Below the pieces are notes generated by a model that was given only the letters and a program-made list of their open reading frames with translations, had not been told where the DNA came from and did no database searches. Position numbers and translations under genes: made by a program. Shown one piece after another: positions 25,689 to 36,354 of a stretch of 41,564 nucleotides of DNA; position 1 is the stretch's first letter, and every line of letters starts with the position of its first letter. Source of the DNA: a virus; the IMG/VR virus record IMGVR_UViG_3300045988_083850. The stretch is one strand, 5' to 3'.

Positions 25689-26005
25689 GAGCAGGAGAAA
25701 TGAAATATCGTTTGCAGTTGTTGAAGCCTACGGCGACAACTAACGACTACGGCGAGGAAGCGACAACCTACGAGCCTATACGTACCGTATGGGCAGAGAG
25801 GAAGAAGCAGAGCGGAAACCGTAGTGAGGAAGTGGGCGAACATTTCCCCGACTATCGAGCCGAGTTTAATGTGAGGGACGCACACCCGGTAAAAGAAAAC
25901 TGGAGAGTGCAGCAGTTAGGTGGCTACCTTTATACGGTTGTTGCCATCATCCCTAACATTGATAGAGGTATGAACACTTTAGTTTGTGAACGAGTAAACG
26001 AGTAA
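25685..26005 (+). CDS. head closure / head-tail adaptor protein
   Basis: 106 aa reading YRLQLLKPTATTNDYGEEATTYEPIRTVWAERKKQSGNRSEE. ATGA overlap with the upstream gene. Confidence 0.65.
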   Translation: MRAGEMKYRLQLLKPTATTNDYGEEATTYEPIRTVWAERKKQSGNRSEEVGEHFPDYRAEFNVRDAHPVKENWRVQQLGGYLYTVVAIIPNIDRGMNTLVCERVNE

Positions 26006-26012
26006 TCAAGTT

Positions 26013-26531
26013 ATGGCAAATCAATACGACGATACGCAGTTGCAGAAGTTGTTTACCGAAATGGACGTTAAACACCGAAAGCGAGCCTTAAAAGGTGCTT
26101 TCAGGAGAGAGGCGAACCAAGTAAGGCGAACAGCTATTAACAATTTGCGCAGCTCATTACACAGTAACCGAGATTTGGAAAAAGGTATTAGGGCTATCGT
26201 ATTTAAGAAAGCCGCCGGATTTCGTGTTACTATCGGCACGAAGAAAGCCAACCGAAAAACTGGAAAGGGCGAAAAAGGTATGCACATCAATCGCCAGGGA
26301 CTAAAGAAACCTGTTTTGATATGGGCAGAGGGCGGAACGGAGCAACGAAAGACCAAGACCAAAACAAGGGTTTTCGTTAGGGAACGCCGGGGCCACAATA
26401 CCGGACGCATGAAACGATATGGCTTTATGCGTAAGACCCAAACAGATGTTAGGGATAAGGTAACGGCAGATTTGCGTAACGAGATAGTAGAAAGTGTAAC
26501 TAAGACTGCAAATAAGTATGGCTGCAAATAA
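26013..26531 (+). CDS. neck/tail-joining protein (HK97 gp10-like, basic)
   Basis: 172-aa basic protein in the gp10 position. Assigned by synteny only. Confidence 0.45.
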   Translation: MANQYDDTQLQKLFTEMDVKHRKRALKGAFRREANQVRRTAINNLRSSLHSNRDLEKGIRAIVFKKAAGFRVTIGTKKANRKTGKGEKGMHINRQGLKKPVLIWAEGGTEQRKTKTKTRVFVRERRGHNTGRMKRYGFMRKTQTDVRDKVTADLRNEIVESVTKTANKYGCK

Positions 26532-26910
26532 AACATCATTAAGCGCAGGTAGCATTATCCGTGATATGCTTTTGCAAGACCCCGAGGTAGCGAAGCATAC
26601 TAAAAAGGTTTTCCCAGTTGCTACGGACACGGCGGTTTTGCCGTACATACTTTATCGCCGTGCCTCAATCGAGCAGAACCCGACAAAGGCAGGTTACCCC
26701 GGAGCCGATACCGTGACGATCGAGGTTATTTGTTATACCGAGAAGTACGGTGAGGGCGTGGAATTAGCCGAGGCAGTAAGGGCCGCTTTGGACGGTAAGC
26801 AAGGCGAGAAAGACGGTTTAGTTATGCGCAGTTGTGTTTTGACTGATAGCGAAGAGGGCTACGATAGTGATGCCTATGCGCAGCAGTTAGTTTTTAACAT
26901 TAAAATTTAG
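26518..26910 (+). CDS. tail completion/terminator-like protein
   Basis: 130 aa immediately upstream of the major tail gene. Assigned by synteny only. Confidence 0.4.
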   Translation: MAANKTSLSAGSIIRDMLLQDPEVAKHTKKVFPVATDTAVLPYILYRRASIEQNPTKAGYPGADTVTIEVICYTEKYGEGVELAEAVRAALDGKQGEKDGLVMRSCVLTDSEEGYDSDAYAQQLVFNIKI

Positions 26911-26916
26911 TAAGAT

Positions 26917-27390
26917 ATGAATTATTGCAATGGTAGTAATATGTTGCTTTATTTGGGTGAAGATGCTTTCGGGCACTGTACAACCCATACAGCGACAATG
27001 AACAGCGAGACCAAAGACCGTGCAGTTAAGCCAGCGGCAAGCAAGGCGAAGACTAACGGAATGTGGAAAGAAAAGGGCGTAACAGGTTTGTCTATTGCTA
27101 TTTCAGCCGAGGGCCTTATCTATGATGGTGAGACCGAAGCAAGCTACCAAAAGATGTTGGCAGCGTGGAAGTCAGGACAGCCAGTTAAGATTAAGTGTAT
27201 GCAGAGAGGTGAAAGCAAAAAGCCGTATTTGGCAGGTAGCTTTATCATTTCTTCTTTGGAGCGCACCGACCCGGCACAGGACGATAGTACTTATACTATC
27301 AATCTTGATAACAACGGCGAGCCGGACACACTCGACGAAACGGCATTTACTGATAGTGCCGTGGCAGCATCCGAAGAACATACAGCATAA
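26917..27390 (+). CDS. major tail protein
   Basis: 157 aa directly upstream of the G/GT chaperone pair and the tape measure gene. Confidence 0.6.
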   Translation: MNYCNGSNMLLYLGEDAFGHCTTHTATMNSETKDRAVKPAASKAKTNGMWKEKGVTGLSIAISAEGLIYDGETEASYQKMLAAWKSGQPVKIKCMQRGESKKPYLAGSFIISSLERTDPAQDDSTYTINLDNNGEPDTLDETAFTDSAVAASEEHTA

Positions 27391-27411
27391 CCAAGTTAAT
27401 TAAGTTCATAT

Positions 27412-27729
27412 ATGAAAAAGGTTGAGATTAAAATTGGTAACGAGGTTTTCCCATGCCGTCAGACAATGGGCGCAATGCTTAGATTTAAGCAGGAAACAGG
27501 GCGAGAGGTTACAGAAATCGACGCTACAAGTTTCACCGATATATGTACGTTCCTTTGGTGTTGCATCGTTTCAGCATCCAAGGCAGACGGCAAGAAATTC
27601 AAACTTTCTTTGATGGACTTTGCCGATAGTGTCAGCCCGGAAGATATGAACGAATGGGCTAAAGCTATGGGCCAGGCCAACGAGGAAGATGCCGAGACCG
27701 ATGCAGACGAAAAAAAAAGTTTGCAATAA
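27412..27729 (+). CDS. tail assembly chaperone G
   Basis: 105 aa in the conserved position before the tape measure gene. An A9 run lies 9 nt before its stop. Confidence 0.7.
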   Translation: MKKVEIKIGNEVFPCRQTMGAMLRFKQETGREVTEIDATSFTDICTFLWCCIVSASKADGKKFKLSLMDFADSVSPEDMNEWAKAMGQANEEDAETDADEKKSLQ

Positions 27730-28055
27730 ATGAAGTATTGGGCTTTGCTTTAGGTTGCATACGTCTTTCATACGATGATTTTTGTAGGCTAACGCCTGAT
27801 GAATTTAACAGCGTATGCAAAGCGTACTTAGACCAAGAGCAAAGCCAATACAAAGATAATTGGGAGCGTATGCGTATGTTGGCGTGCATAACTATTCAGC
27901 CGCACGTTAAGAACAAACTAACGCCCCAGAAGCTATTACCGCTTTCGTGGGATAATCGCAGGAAGTCGAAGCAAACGAAGACCGAACACATAACGGCCAA
28001 GGAAGCGGAAGAAAAGAGAAAACAAATTATCGCCCTATTGGGTGACAAATATTAA
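27412..28055 (+). CDS. tail assembly chaperone GT, predicted -1 frameshift product at A_AAA_AAA (27711-27717)
   Basis: The -1 frame is open from the A-run (27710-27718) to TAA at 28053-28055. The downstream ORF has only a TTG as its nominal start (27738). Confidence 0.6.
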
Positions 28056-28060
28056 AGACT

Positions 28061-31000
28061 ATGGCAGGTAAAAGTACTATATCCATAACGTTCAAATTGG
28101 ACGGAGACGGTAAGGGGTTTAAAGACCTTTCGCAAAATGCGGACGGCCTTAAACAAGCCATGACCGCCGCTATTGTGGAAGCCGACAAACTCAAATCGTC
28201 GTTGATCAACTGGAGCCAAGGCGTACAGGCTTTGGGCGCAGTATCTAACGCCGTCAGTCAGCTAAATGGTACTTTGCAAGATATTACCGCCGATAGTAGA
28301 GCCTTTGGCGCAGCTATGAAAGCCGCTAACACGATGGCAGGCAAGAACGCCGAGGGCTTTGCGAACCTCAAAGGACAGGTAGCCGATTTATCCAAGACTT
28401 TGCCTATTGCACGTGATGAACTCGCAAACGGCTTATATCAGGTAATCAGCAATGGTGTGCCCGAAGATAATTGGATAGATTACCTTAATAAGTCGGCTAA
28501 AGCATCCGTGGGCGGTATCGCTGATTTGGGCGAGACTGTAAAGGTAACATCTACTGTTATCAAAAACTATGGTTTGGCGTGGGATGCGGCCGAAAGCGTA
28601 CAGGACAAAATACAGCTCACGGCGAAAAATGGTGTAACATCCTTTGAACAGTTAGCCCAGGCCCTACCAAGAGTGACCGCCAACGCCTCAACATTGGGTG
28701 TAAGTGTCGATGAACTTTTGGCAAGTTTTGCAACGCTTACAGGTGTTAGCGGTAATACCAACGAGGTTGCAACCCAGATGGCGGCAATCTTTACCGCTTT
28801 GGTTAAGCCGTCAAGTGAGGCAACCGAAATGGCGGAAAAGATGGGTATTGAGTTCAATGCCGCATCTATCAAAGCCGCCGGAGGTTTGCGTAACTTTTTA
28901 ACCCAGTTGGACGCATCCGTTAAGGAATATGCCGCCGCTAATGGTGTATTGGAACAGGAAGTTTATGCAAAGTTGTTTGGTAGTGCCGAGAGTTTGCGAG
29001 CATTGACACCACTTACAAATCAGTTGGCCGAGAAGTTCAGCGAGAACGTGGACGCAATGGCAAATAGTGCCGGGACCATCAACGCCGCATACAACGAAAT
29101 GAGTAGTACAGGCGGCGCAACTACGCAAATGCTGAAAAACCAATTAGGCGCAATAACTGATGTGGTAGCCGGGTTTGTCGGCGGAGCGATGCCAATACTT
29201 AGTTTTACCTCACAGTTGGTTATAACCGCTATGAGTATTACAAGTTTGGTTAAGACCCTTAAAGCCCTGAATATCCAACAAGGCATTTTAACGTTACGCT
29301 CAAAGGCAGGTGGTGCAGCAATGCTTTTGTTTGGGCTTAATGCAAGCCGATCGGCAGCGTTTACACGTGTCTTTAGCGCAGCTTTGAAAAGTGGTGCATA
29401 TTCGGCAACCGCTTTCAAAATTGCCCTTAAAGGTTTGATGATTACCACGGTGGTAGGTGCTGCAATCGTAGCGGTAACATCTGTTATCGAATATTTCGTT
29501 AATAAGACCGATGAGGCTACCGACAAGACAAACGAGTTTAGCGAAGCCGAAGACGCTTACAAGAACGCAGCGGCAAATACTAAGGTTGAGTTAGACAAAG
29601 AGATTAAGGCTTTGGGCGACCTCATTACCGCTAAAAAGGACACCACCGACGCAGTAAACCACCTTAACGCCGTATATGGTGATTTGTTCGGGAGCCATAA
29701 GACAGCATCCGAGTGGTACGATACATTGACACGCAAAAGCCAGATATACGTTAAGCAAATTGGCTACGAGGCACAAGCAAAGGTGTTGGCTACAAAGTTG
29801 GCTGAAAAGCAAATCGAGTTGGAAGACAATTACGCTAAACGACGTGCCCTTTGGAAAGCCGGAGGCGCACAGAAGACCACCAAGCGGACAATAACCAACC
29901 GATCAACTGGAGGTGACAGCTACGAAGTTGTTACAACAGAAGACACCAAGGAGTACGCCGATTTAAAGGACAGCGCAAGGGGGCTGATACCGGAAATCCA
30001 AAGTTTGCAAAGACAATTGGGCATAGCCCAAAAGCACATGGCCGATTGTTCTAAGCAGATGGCGGCGGTTGATGCTAAGATGGGACATAACAACAAGACC
30101 GTTAAGGTTAGTGCAATGACCTATCAGCAGGTAGCGGACGCAATCGAAAAGACAGAAAAGAGACTTAAAAATACGACTGATAGCAAGGAAATAGCCAAGC
30201 TAAAGGCGTATAATGCGGAATTACACAACCGTAAAAAGTTATTAGATAAATCGTTGGGCTTTAATACGTTTAAGGGCGGCAGGAGAGGCAACAAGGGTGG
30301 AAGCACAAAAAACAAGCCAGTTGCAGACCCTAAGACCTATGAACAGTTAAGTACTAATATCGAGTACTACAAAAAGAAGCTCACCACGGCGAGCACCGCC
30401 GAGCAAGAAAAGATAAGGGCGAATATCCAAGCATGGGAGAAAAAGAAAGCGGCCATCGAGTTAGCCCAGAAAGCCGCCGAGCGACCAACCGAAATTAAGA
30501 CGCTGCAAGACGTTGAAAAGGAATTGGACTATTTGCAGACCCTACGAAAAACAGCCAACAAAAACGATTTGGCAAGTATCGACAAACTGATAAGCAAAAC
30601 CGAGTTGTTGGGCGCAGCTATGCAACGCCCGGCAAAGTTGGAGACCTTACAGGACATCGACAAGGAAATAGAGTACCAACAGAAGTTGAGGGCTACGGCA
30701 TCCAAGGAAGCTATAAGCGGAATTGATGCGGAAATCAATAAATTGGAAACTCTAAAGAACTATATCGAAAACGCCACGGTGATAGATATACCCGACAGCG
30801 CATTGAAGACGTATGAGCAGCTTAATATTAAGTTGGCATACTATAACGAGTTGTTGGAGAAAGCCACCGAGGAACAACGCCCAGAGATACAAAAGCACAT
30901 TAACGATATTGAGGGTATTAAGAAAGCATGGGACGATAGTTTAGCCGCTTTAAATAAGCCGGGAGACATTACCCAACTTGATACCATCGAGAAGTTAGAT

Positions 31001-32035
31001 GAAGCAGTAAGGTATTATCAGGAGCAGCAGAGCAAGCAGAGTGCCGACGAAATCCAAAACACGCAAAGAACGATCGACGCTTTGGAAGCGAAGCGAAAGG
31101 CGATGCAAAGAGGTATCGAAATACCATCAATGCAAAAAGAGATAGCCGAGATTAACGAACTTTCTAACCGAGAGTTTAAGATCAAGGTTAAGGGTATTGG
31201 CTTTGATGCACTAACCGATAAAATCCGGGAACTGCAAAAGCAGCTCAACGATACCAACAATCCGGTAACGGACGGACAGCGCAAGGACATCGAGGAAATG
31301 ATTAGCACCTACGAACAATGGCGCAAATCTTCTATTTCTTCTTTTGATACCGTAAAGTCTGGTTGGGACAACATCAAGGGTATTGGCGACAGCATCAACA
31401 GCATAACCGACGCTTTGGACGGCAACGGCAACGCATGGCAGAAAGTAACCGCTATCGTGGACGGCTTTATACAACTGTATGAGAGTATCAGCGCAATAGT
31501 AGGCATTATTGATATGCTAACGACCGCCTCAACCGCTCATGCCGCCGCAAAGACCGGAGAGGCAGCAGCCACAACCGCCACGGCAACCGCCCAGGGAGTT
31601 GAGACAGCAGCGCAGACGGCAGCAGCGGCGGCGATGGTTCCAGTTATTGCCGCTAACAAATTGGCGACCGCCTCATATATGGAGTTAGCCGCAGCAATGT
31701 TTTTTGCCGCCCATGCCTCAATACCATTTGTCGGCTTTGGCATAGCATCCGGTTTTGTGAGTGCAGCAACGGCGATGGTGGAAGCTATCGGAATAATGCC
31801 GTTTGCAAAAGGTGGTGTAGTGTCGGGGCCTACGTTGGCTTTAGTTGGCGAGTATGCCGGAGCAAGCAACAACCCGGAAGTTATTGCCCCACTTGATAAG
31901 CTACGTAGCATGATACAGCCGCAGGGCGGTATCGGTGGTAATGTTCGCTTTGAAATCGAGGGCAGAAAGTTAGTTGGGGTAATATCCAATACAACGAGAG
32001 TAGCCGCCAAGAGCGGCAGAAAGTCAAACTTTTAA
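28061..32035 (+). CDS. tail tape measure protein
   Basis: 1324 aa. The N-terminal region (LPIARDELANGLYQVISNGV...) resembles a TP901-type core, followed by hydrophobic segments, a long coiled coil and a Gly/Ala-rich hydrophobic C-terminal region. Confidence 0.9.
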   Translation: MAGKSTISITFKLDGDGKGFKDLSQNADGLKQAMTAAIVEADKLKSSLINWSQGVQALGAVSNAVSQLNGTLQDITADSRAFGAAMKAANTMAGKNAEGFANLKGQVADLSKTLPIARDELANGLYQVISNGVPEDNWIDYLNKSAKASVGGIADLGETVKVTSTVIKNYGLAWDAAESVQDKIQLTAKNGVTSFEQLAQALPRVTANASTLGVSVDELLASFATLTGVSGNTNEVATQMAAIFTALVKPSSEATEMAEKMGIEFNAASIKAAGGLRNFLTQLDASVKEYAAANGVLEQEVYAKLFGSAESLRALTPLTNQLAEKFSENVDAMANSAGTINAAYNEMSSTGGATTQMLKNQLGAITDVVAGFVGGAMPILSFTSQLVITAMSITSLVKTLKALNIQQGILTLRSKAGGAAMLLFGLNASRSAAFTRVFSAALKSGAYSATAFKIALKGLMITTVVGAAIVAVTSVIEYFVNKTDEATDKTNEFSEAEDAYKNAAANTKVELDKEIKALGDLITAKKDTTDAVNHLNAVYGDLFGSHKTASEWYDTLTRKSQIYVKQIGYEAQAKVLATKLAEKQIELEDNYAKRRALWKAGGAQKTTKRTITNRSTGGDSYEVVTTEDTKEYADLKDSARGLIPEIQSLQRQLGIAQKHMADCSKQMAAVDAKMGHNNKTVKVSAMTYQQVADAIEKTEKRLKNTTDSKEIAKLKAYNAELHNRKKLLDKSLGFNTFKGGRRGNKGGSTKNKPVADPKTYEQLSTNIEYYKKKLTTASTAEQEKIRANIQAWEKKKAAIELAQKAAERPTEIKTLQDVEKELDYLQTLRKTANKNDLASIDKLISKTELLGAAMQRPAKLETLQDIDKEIEYQQKLRATASKEAISGIDAEINKLETLKNYIENATVIDIPDSALKTYEQLNIKLAYYNELLEKATEEQRPEIQKHINDIEGIKKAWDDSLAALNKPGDITQLDTIEKLDEAVRYYQEQQSKQSADEIQNTQRTIDALEAKRKAMQRGIEIPSMQKEIAEINELSNREFKIKVKGIGFDALTDKIRELQKQLNDTNNPVTDGQRKDIEEMISTYEQWRKSSISSFDTVKSGWDNIKGIGDSINSITDALDGNGNAWQKVTAIVDGFIQLYESISAIVGIIDMLTTASTAHAAAKTGEAAATTATATAQGVETAAQTAAAAAMVPVIAANKLATASYMELAAAMFFAAHASIPFVGFGIASGFVSAATAMVEAIGIMPFAKGGVVSGPTLALVGEYAGASNNPEVIAPLDKLRSMIQPQGGIGGNVRFEIEGRKLVGVISNTTRVAAKSGRKSNF

Positions 32036-32047
32036 TTATTAGTTAAT

Positions 32048-34747
32048 ATGTATATACACGGCAGTTTTCTAAGTCAGCAGGGCGATACGATAACGGTACA
32101 CATCGTTACCGGGAACGATCGCACGCAGACCATTGAAATAGGTACAGAAAAGGCAGATGTATATTTTAGTGAGGATCCGGCAGAAATCGAGAATGAGGTA
32201 AACGACACTTTCGATGTGCTTTTGAGAAATTCGGCTAAAATAAGATTGCTTTGCGGCAACCTGATTAAAGACCTTTTTAGTACCTCATGCCGTGATGCAG
32301 TCGTAAACATCTATAAAAACGATACGTGTATCTTTGCCGGGTTCATCGAGCCGCAAACTTTGTCACAGCCATATAACAACAGATGGGACGAACTGGAATT
32401 AAATTGCATTGATGCGCTTAGTGCTTTGCAGTATAGCAAATATAAGAATGTGGGCGCATTGGGCGTTATCTATGCTTTCGTCAAGGCAGAGGCAGCGCAG
32501 CGTAGTTTTTACGATATTGCCACCGAGATACTGAAAGGAGTTACCGAGGGACTGGATATATTGGGCAACCAAAATATTAAGTTCTGGTATGATGGCAGCA
32601 AGGCAGTTGATGCACAGACCGCCAACCGCTATCAGGTATTTAAGCAGCTTTCAATATCTGATTTGTTGTTTTTGGGCGATGATGAGAGCGACGTTTGGCA
32701 GCAAGACGAAGTGTTGGAGGAACTTTTGAAGTACCTTAACTTACATATCGTGCAGGACGGCTTTAACTTCTATATCTTTTCGTGGGAATCCGTCAAGGCG
32801 ACACCCGATAAGATTATTTGGCATGACATCGTAGCCAACAGCACCAAGACAACGGCGCAGCAAGCCGTAACAATCGCTTTGGCTAACGTGGCCGATTGCG
32901 ATACCACGATAAGCATAGGCGACGTATATAACCAACTTCTATTAACCGCCAAGGTGGAGAACATCGAAAGCGTGATAGAAAGCCCATTGGACGATGATTT
33001 GTTGGTTAGCCCATACATTAATAAGCAAAAGTACCTCACCGAGTATTCAAGCGACGGAGAGGGAAAGACCGCCTATAATGCTTTTTATGCTATGACCCAC
33101 AACCAAAAAACCACGTATGGCGCAGGTGCTATTACTGATTGGTATTTGCAGGTGATGCGTAACAAACAATGGACGTTCCCGATGAAAGGCAACACAGATA
33201 TAGACATCGTGGACTATTTCGGCAGCGAGGGCACAAACCAACACGCTTTGCCTGATTGGTTAGGGCAAGCACCGGGGGCGGCTATTATGGCTTTAGGCAG
33301 CGTCAAGATGAACACGGCCAACGATGATAACAGCCCGACATCTAAGGTAAACATGACTAACTATTTAGCAGTGTCGGTTAATGGCAATGGCATAGACAAT
33401 GACGAAAACAAAACCTACCCAAGTGTGGCAGACATACAGAAAAATATACCGTATGCCGTCTATACTGGTAACAAGGCAGGGGGCGTTTTTTCGCCGTCAG
33501 ACGAGAAAACCACCAACTATATAGTATTGTCGGGTAAGGTTATCTTAAACCCGATAATGAGGCAGACCAACACGTACACCAAACTACATAACAAGGAGTG
33601 GCACGGCGGTTTACCTATCGGTTTAAAGGAAAACGAGATTTACGTATGGCATCAGACCGTACCGAGCCGTAACAATGGTGATGGCAGGTATTACACCCGG
33701 CAGTATTGGCAAGCAGAGACACCGGACAAAGAAGTATCATGGCATGAGGGCGCAGATAGCGGATTTTATCCATATACCGGGGAGGGTCCGGAGAAATACG
33801 AATTTAAGTACAGCGCAGTAGGCGACAGTACCGACACAATCAGTAAGGTAGCCGTATTAGCCTGTATGTTGGTTATCGGCGACAAATGCGTAGTGGAGAC
33901 CGGAACCGATGGGCAGACAACCGATTTTGTTTGGCAGAAATACAGGGAACGGAGCGAGTGCCAAAGCGATGATGAATATTATCAGCAATGCTTTACAATT
34001 GGCTTTGACCCTAAGATAGGCGACAAACTGGTAGGCACAGAGTTCAGCATCCAAAACAACATCGACTACAAGATGGGTATTGATGCGGAGGGTATAGCAA
34101 TACCGATTACCAAGGGCGACAAGATAAGTGGGCAGGTTAGGTTTATGATATTAGGCCCTGTCAATGCTACATGGGACGTTATCACACGCCGCCACCCTAC
34201 CTTTTTCAGGCATACGAAGTGGAGCAGCTCATCAGTACCGCTTTTAGCCCATGTTAGTAGCATCCTGATTAAGTCGTTTGAGGTTAAAGTTTATAGCGAT
34301 AATGGACTAATCAGCAATGGCAATGATGATAACGATATTATCTACATGAGCGACACCAAAGAAACCTTTGTGAACAAAAAGGACGATTTGGAGTTTAAGA
34401 TAAATTCGGCATTGACCGCCACGGAGTGCGCCAAGTTGGGAGTTAGCAATACGGTGAAGTTATCCACACCGTTGAATATATCAACCGGGGACGGAGTGTT
34501 AGAGGTGTACGACCGAAACGGCAACGTTAAGGCGAAGCCCGAACAAATCTACGTGGATAGTTATTATACTGAATACCATAAGCCACGTATCGTGATGGAG
34601 CAGAAACTAAGGGACATTGATAATGTTGTTAGTCTGTTTAACCATTATCGCCACGAGGCTTTGGGCAAAGAATTTTTCGTGCAGGGCATCGGCAGAAACC
34701 TTATTGAGGGACGTGCCGACCTCACATTAAAGGAGATTGGCACATGA
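32048..34747 (+). CDS. tail tip protein (distal tail/baseplate-like)
   Basis: 899 aa, first gene after the tape measure gene. Assigned by synteny only. Confidence 0.45.
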   Translation: MYIHGSFLSQQGDTITVHIVTGNDRTQTIEIGTEKADVYFSEDPAEIENEVNDTFDVLLRNSAKIRLLCGNLIKDLFSTSCRDAVVNIYKNDTCIFAGFIEPQTLSQPYNNRWDELELNCIDALSALQYSKYKNVGALGVIYAFVKAEAAQRSFYDIATEILKGVTEGLDILGNQNIKFWYDGSKAVDAQTANRYQVFKQLSISDLLFLGDDESDVWQQDEVLEELLKYLNLHIVQDGFNFYIFSWESVKATPDKIIWHDIVANSTKTTAQQAVTIALANVADCDTTISIGDVYNQLLLTAKVENIESVIESPLDDDLLVSPYINKQKYLTEYSSDGEGKTAYNAFYAMTHNQKTTYGAGAITDWYLQVMRNKQWTFPMKGNTDIDIVDYFGSEGTNQHALPDWLGQAPGAAIMALGSVKMNTANDDNSPTSKVNMTNYLAVSVNGNGIDNDENKTYPSVADIQKNIPYAVYTGNKAGGVFSPSDEKTTNYIVLSGKVILNPIMRQTNTYTKLHNKEWHGGLPIGLKENEIYVWHQTVPSRNNGDGRYYTRQYWQAETPDKEVSWHEGADSGFYPYTGEGPEKYEFKYSAVGDSTDTISKVAVLACMLVIGDKCVVETGTDGQTTDFVWQKYRERSECQSDDEYYQQCFTIGFDPKIGDKLVGTEFSIQNNIDYKMGIDAEGIAIPITKGDKISGQVRFMILGPVNATWDVITRRHPTFFRHTKWSSSSVPLLAHVSSILIKSFEVKVYSDNGLISNGNDDNDIIYMSDTKETFVNKKDDLEFKINSALTATECAKLGVSNTVKLSTPLNISTGDGVLEVYDRNGNVKAKPEQIYVDSYYTEYHKPRIVMEQKLRDIDNVVSLFNHYRHEALGKEFFVQGIGRNLIEGRADLTLKEIGT

Positions 34748-36336
34748 TCGAAGTTAAGCAGATAGCAAAACCCAGAAACAGCGGTAGCGGTGGGGCATCC
34801 ACCGGAGGCGGTAGCTATGGAAGTATCGGCAAAATGACCGAGGAAGCCAAGCACGCAGCCAAAGCCGATATAGCGACACACGCAGAGCAAGCCGAGTACG
34901 CAAACCGTGCCGGATATGCGAGCCGTGCCGCCTATTCCGATTTAGCCGGAGATGTTGCGGAGGATAGCCCGATTAACGACCGCTTTTTGTCGAAGATTAC
35001 CGCCGACATAGCGCAAGGGCGCATTACTTTTCAGCAGGGCTTAACGGCTATCGGTTTGGCAATATTCAAGGACGGCGCACACTTTGGCGAGTTTGTCAAA
35101 TCCCTGTATGCAGGTAAGGGCGCAGGTATTGACGCACAAGGTAACGCCGAGGTGGAAAGCCTAAGAGTGCGCAGCTACTTTGAGTGTCTGGAATTGATAG
35201 TAAACCGATTGTCGGCAATCGAGGGCGACCAACTTCTAACGGAAGCGGACACAATCGAAAGCGTGGACGATTTGGGCGATGGTTGTTTTGGTTTGCACCT
35301 GAAAAGCAAGTGGGACGGATATTTTACCGCCCAAGCAGAAAACAATGTACTTAAAGGTATCATCAATACTTTGGCGCAAGGTAGCGGAAAGTATTACACG
35401 GCATGGTTTAGAGTTAATAGCGTTAATACCGCTAACAACTACATAGAGGTGACGCAGTACCCGGACACCGAAGTACCAAGCGGCAAGAATTACCCACCAT
35501 GCGAAATGATGAAGATTGCACGATGGGGAAACCAAACGGACACGAAACGGCAAGATTGTTTGTACCTATCAAGCACAGAGGGGCGAATCGTCAAGCTAAA
35601 GGGAGTGACTAAGCCGATTTTGGATAATGCCAACTACGGTGCAGCTTTCGGCAGTTTGCCCGAATTTGTGTACGAGTTATTGGACGATAACGGCAACCCT
35701 TTGCCAATACGTGATGGTTTAGACTATATGTATATACCGGGTATCGTCACAATGGACGTTATCAGACTTAACAAGTGGACTGGTAAGCCGTTGGTTACGT
35801 ATGTGGATCGTGGGGCGTGGACGCAGAGCGGTAAGTACTATTGCGATGCTATCAACCCGGACACCGGAGAGTATGAGACATCAGACGTTTGGTTTAATGG
35901 CTGCAAGTACAGATGTTGCAAAAACCTCACAACGACCGCCCCGGCATGGAACAATACCGATTGGGCGATGATCGAGGGAAACCCAGACTTTGCCGTAGAT
36001 TTCCAAGAGCCTGAAAGTATCTTAGACCCGGACAAAATAGACCTCACGCTAACCATCGTGGCGACCCTGTATAATATGAATATCACAGACGATATTTTGG
36101 ACGCAGACGTAATGTGGACGAGATACAGCGAGGACGCAGAGGGCAACGAGAGAACGGCGAGCGACAACGTTTGGAGTTTGCGCCACGCCAATACCGGAAA
36201 GTCTTTGCACCTCACAGCTGAGGACATGGATTTTAACGGCTATGTGCCTAAAGTTATACGCTTTACGGCTACCGTTACTTTACGTGACGGCATGGGCAAT
36301 GAAGCAGCAACGGCGGCAGTCAGTTACGAGTATTAA
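34744..36336 (+). CDS. tail tip/fibre-associated structural protein
   Basis: ATGA overlap with the upstream gene. Short N-terminal repeats AEQAEYANRAGYASRAAYSDLAG. Confidence 0.4.
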   Translation: MIEVKQIAKPRNSGSGGASTGGGSYGSIGKMTEEAKHAAKADIATHAEQAEYANRAGYASRAAYSDLAGDVAEDSPINDRFLSKITADIAQGRITFQQGLTAIGLAIFKDGAHFGEFVKSLYAGKGAGIDAQGNAEVESLRVRSYFECLELIVNRLSAIEGDQLLTEADTIESVDDLGDGCFGLHLKSKWDGYFTAQAENNVLKGIINTLAQGSGKYYTAWFRVNSVNTANNYIEVTQYPDTEVPSGKNYPPCEMMKIARWGNQTDTKRQDCLYLSSTEGRIVKLKGVTKPILDNANYGAAFGSLPEFVYELLDDNGNPLPIRDGLDYMYIPGIVTMDVIRLNKWTGKPLVTYVDRGAWTQSGKYYCDAINPDTGEYETSDVWFNGCKYRCCKNLTTTAPAWNNTDWAMIEGNPDFAVDFQEPESILDPDKIDLTLTIVATLYNMNITDDILDADVMWTRYSEDAEGNERTASDNVWSLRHANTGKSLHLTAEDMDFNGYVPKVIRFTATVTLRDGMGNEAATAAVSYEY

Positions 36337-36354
36337 TTTAAACATAGCGCAGTT

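Noticed and set aside
26021-26539. 172-aa minus-strand ORF almost exactly mirroring the plus-strand 26013..26531 ORF
   Set aside because: It is an antisense shadow of a gene embedded in a co-oriented, tightly packed structural operon. Its composition is hydrophobic and low-complexity, and it has no start context or neighbours on that strand.
27095-27403. 102-aa alternative-frame ORF inside the major tail gene
   Set aside because: It is fully nested in a better-supported frame, has no separate start context, and its Arg/Ser/Leu-rich composition is typical of an off-frame translation.
27738-28055. 105-aa ORF listed as an independent gene
   Set aside because: Its nominal start is TTG, and the frame is open upstream back to the A9 slippery run. 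It is better explained as the T extension of the G/GT frameshift product.
30485-30790. Tandem ~48-aa repeats inside the tape measure protein (KTLQDVEKELDYLQTLRKTA / ETLQDIDKEIEYQQKLRATA, 144 nt apart)
   Set aside because: Internal periodic repeats are common in tape measure proteins and relate to tail-length determination. This is not an independent element.
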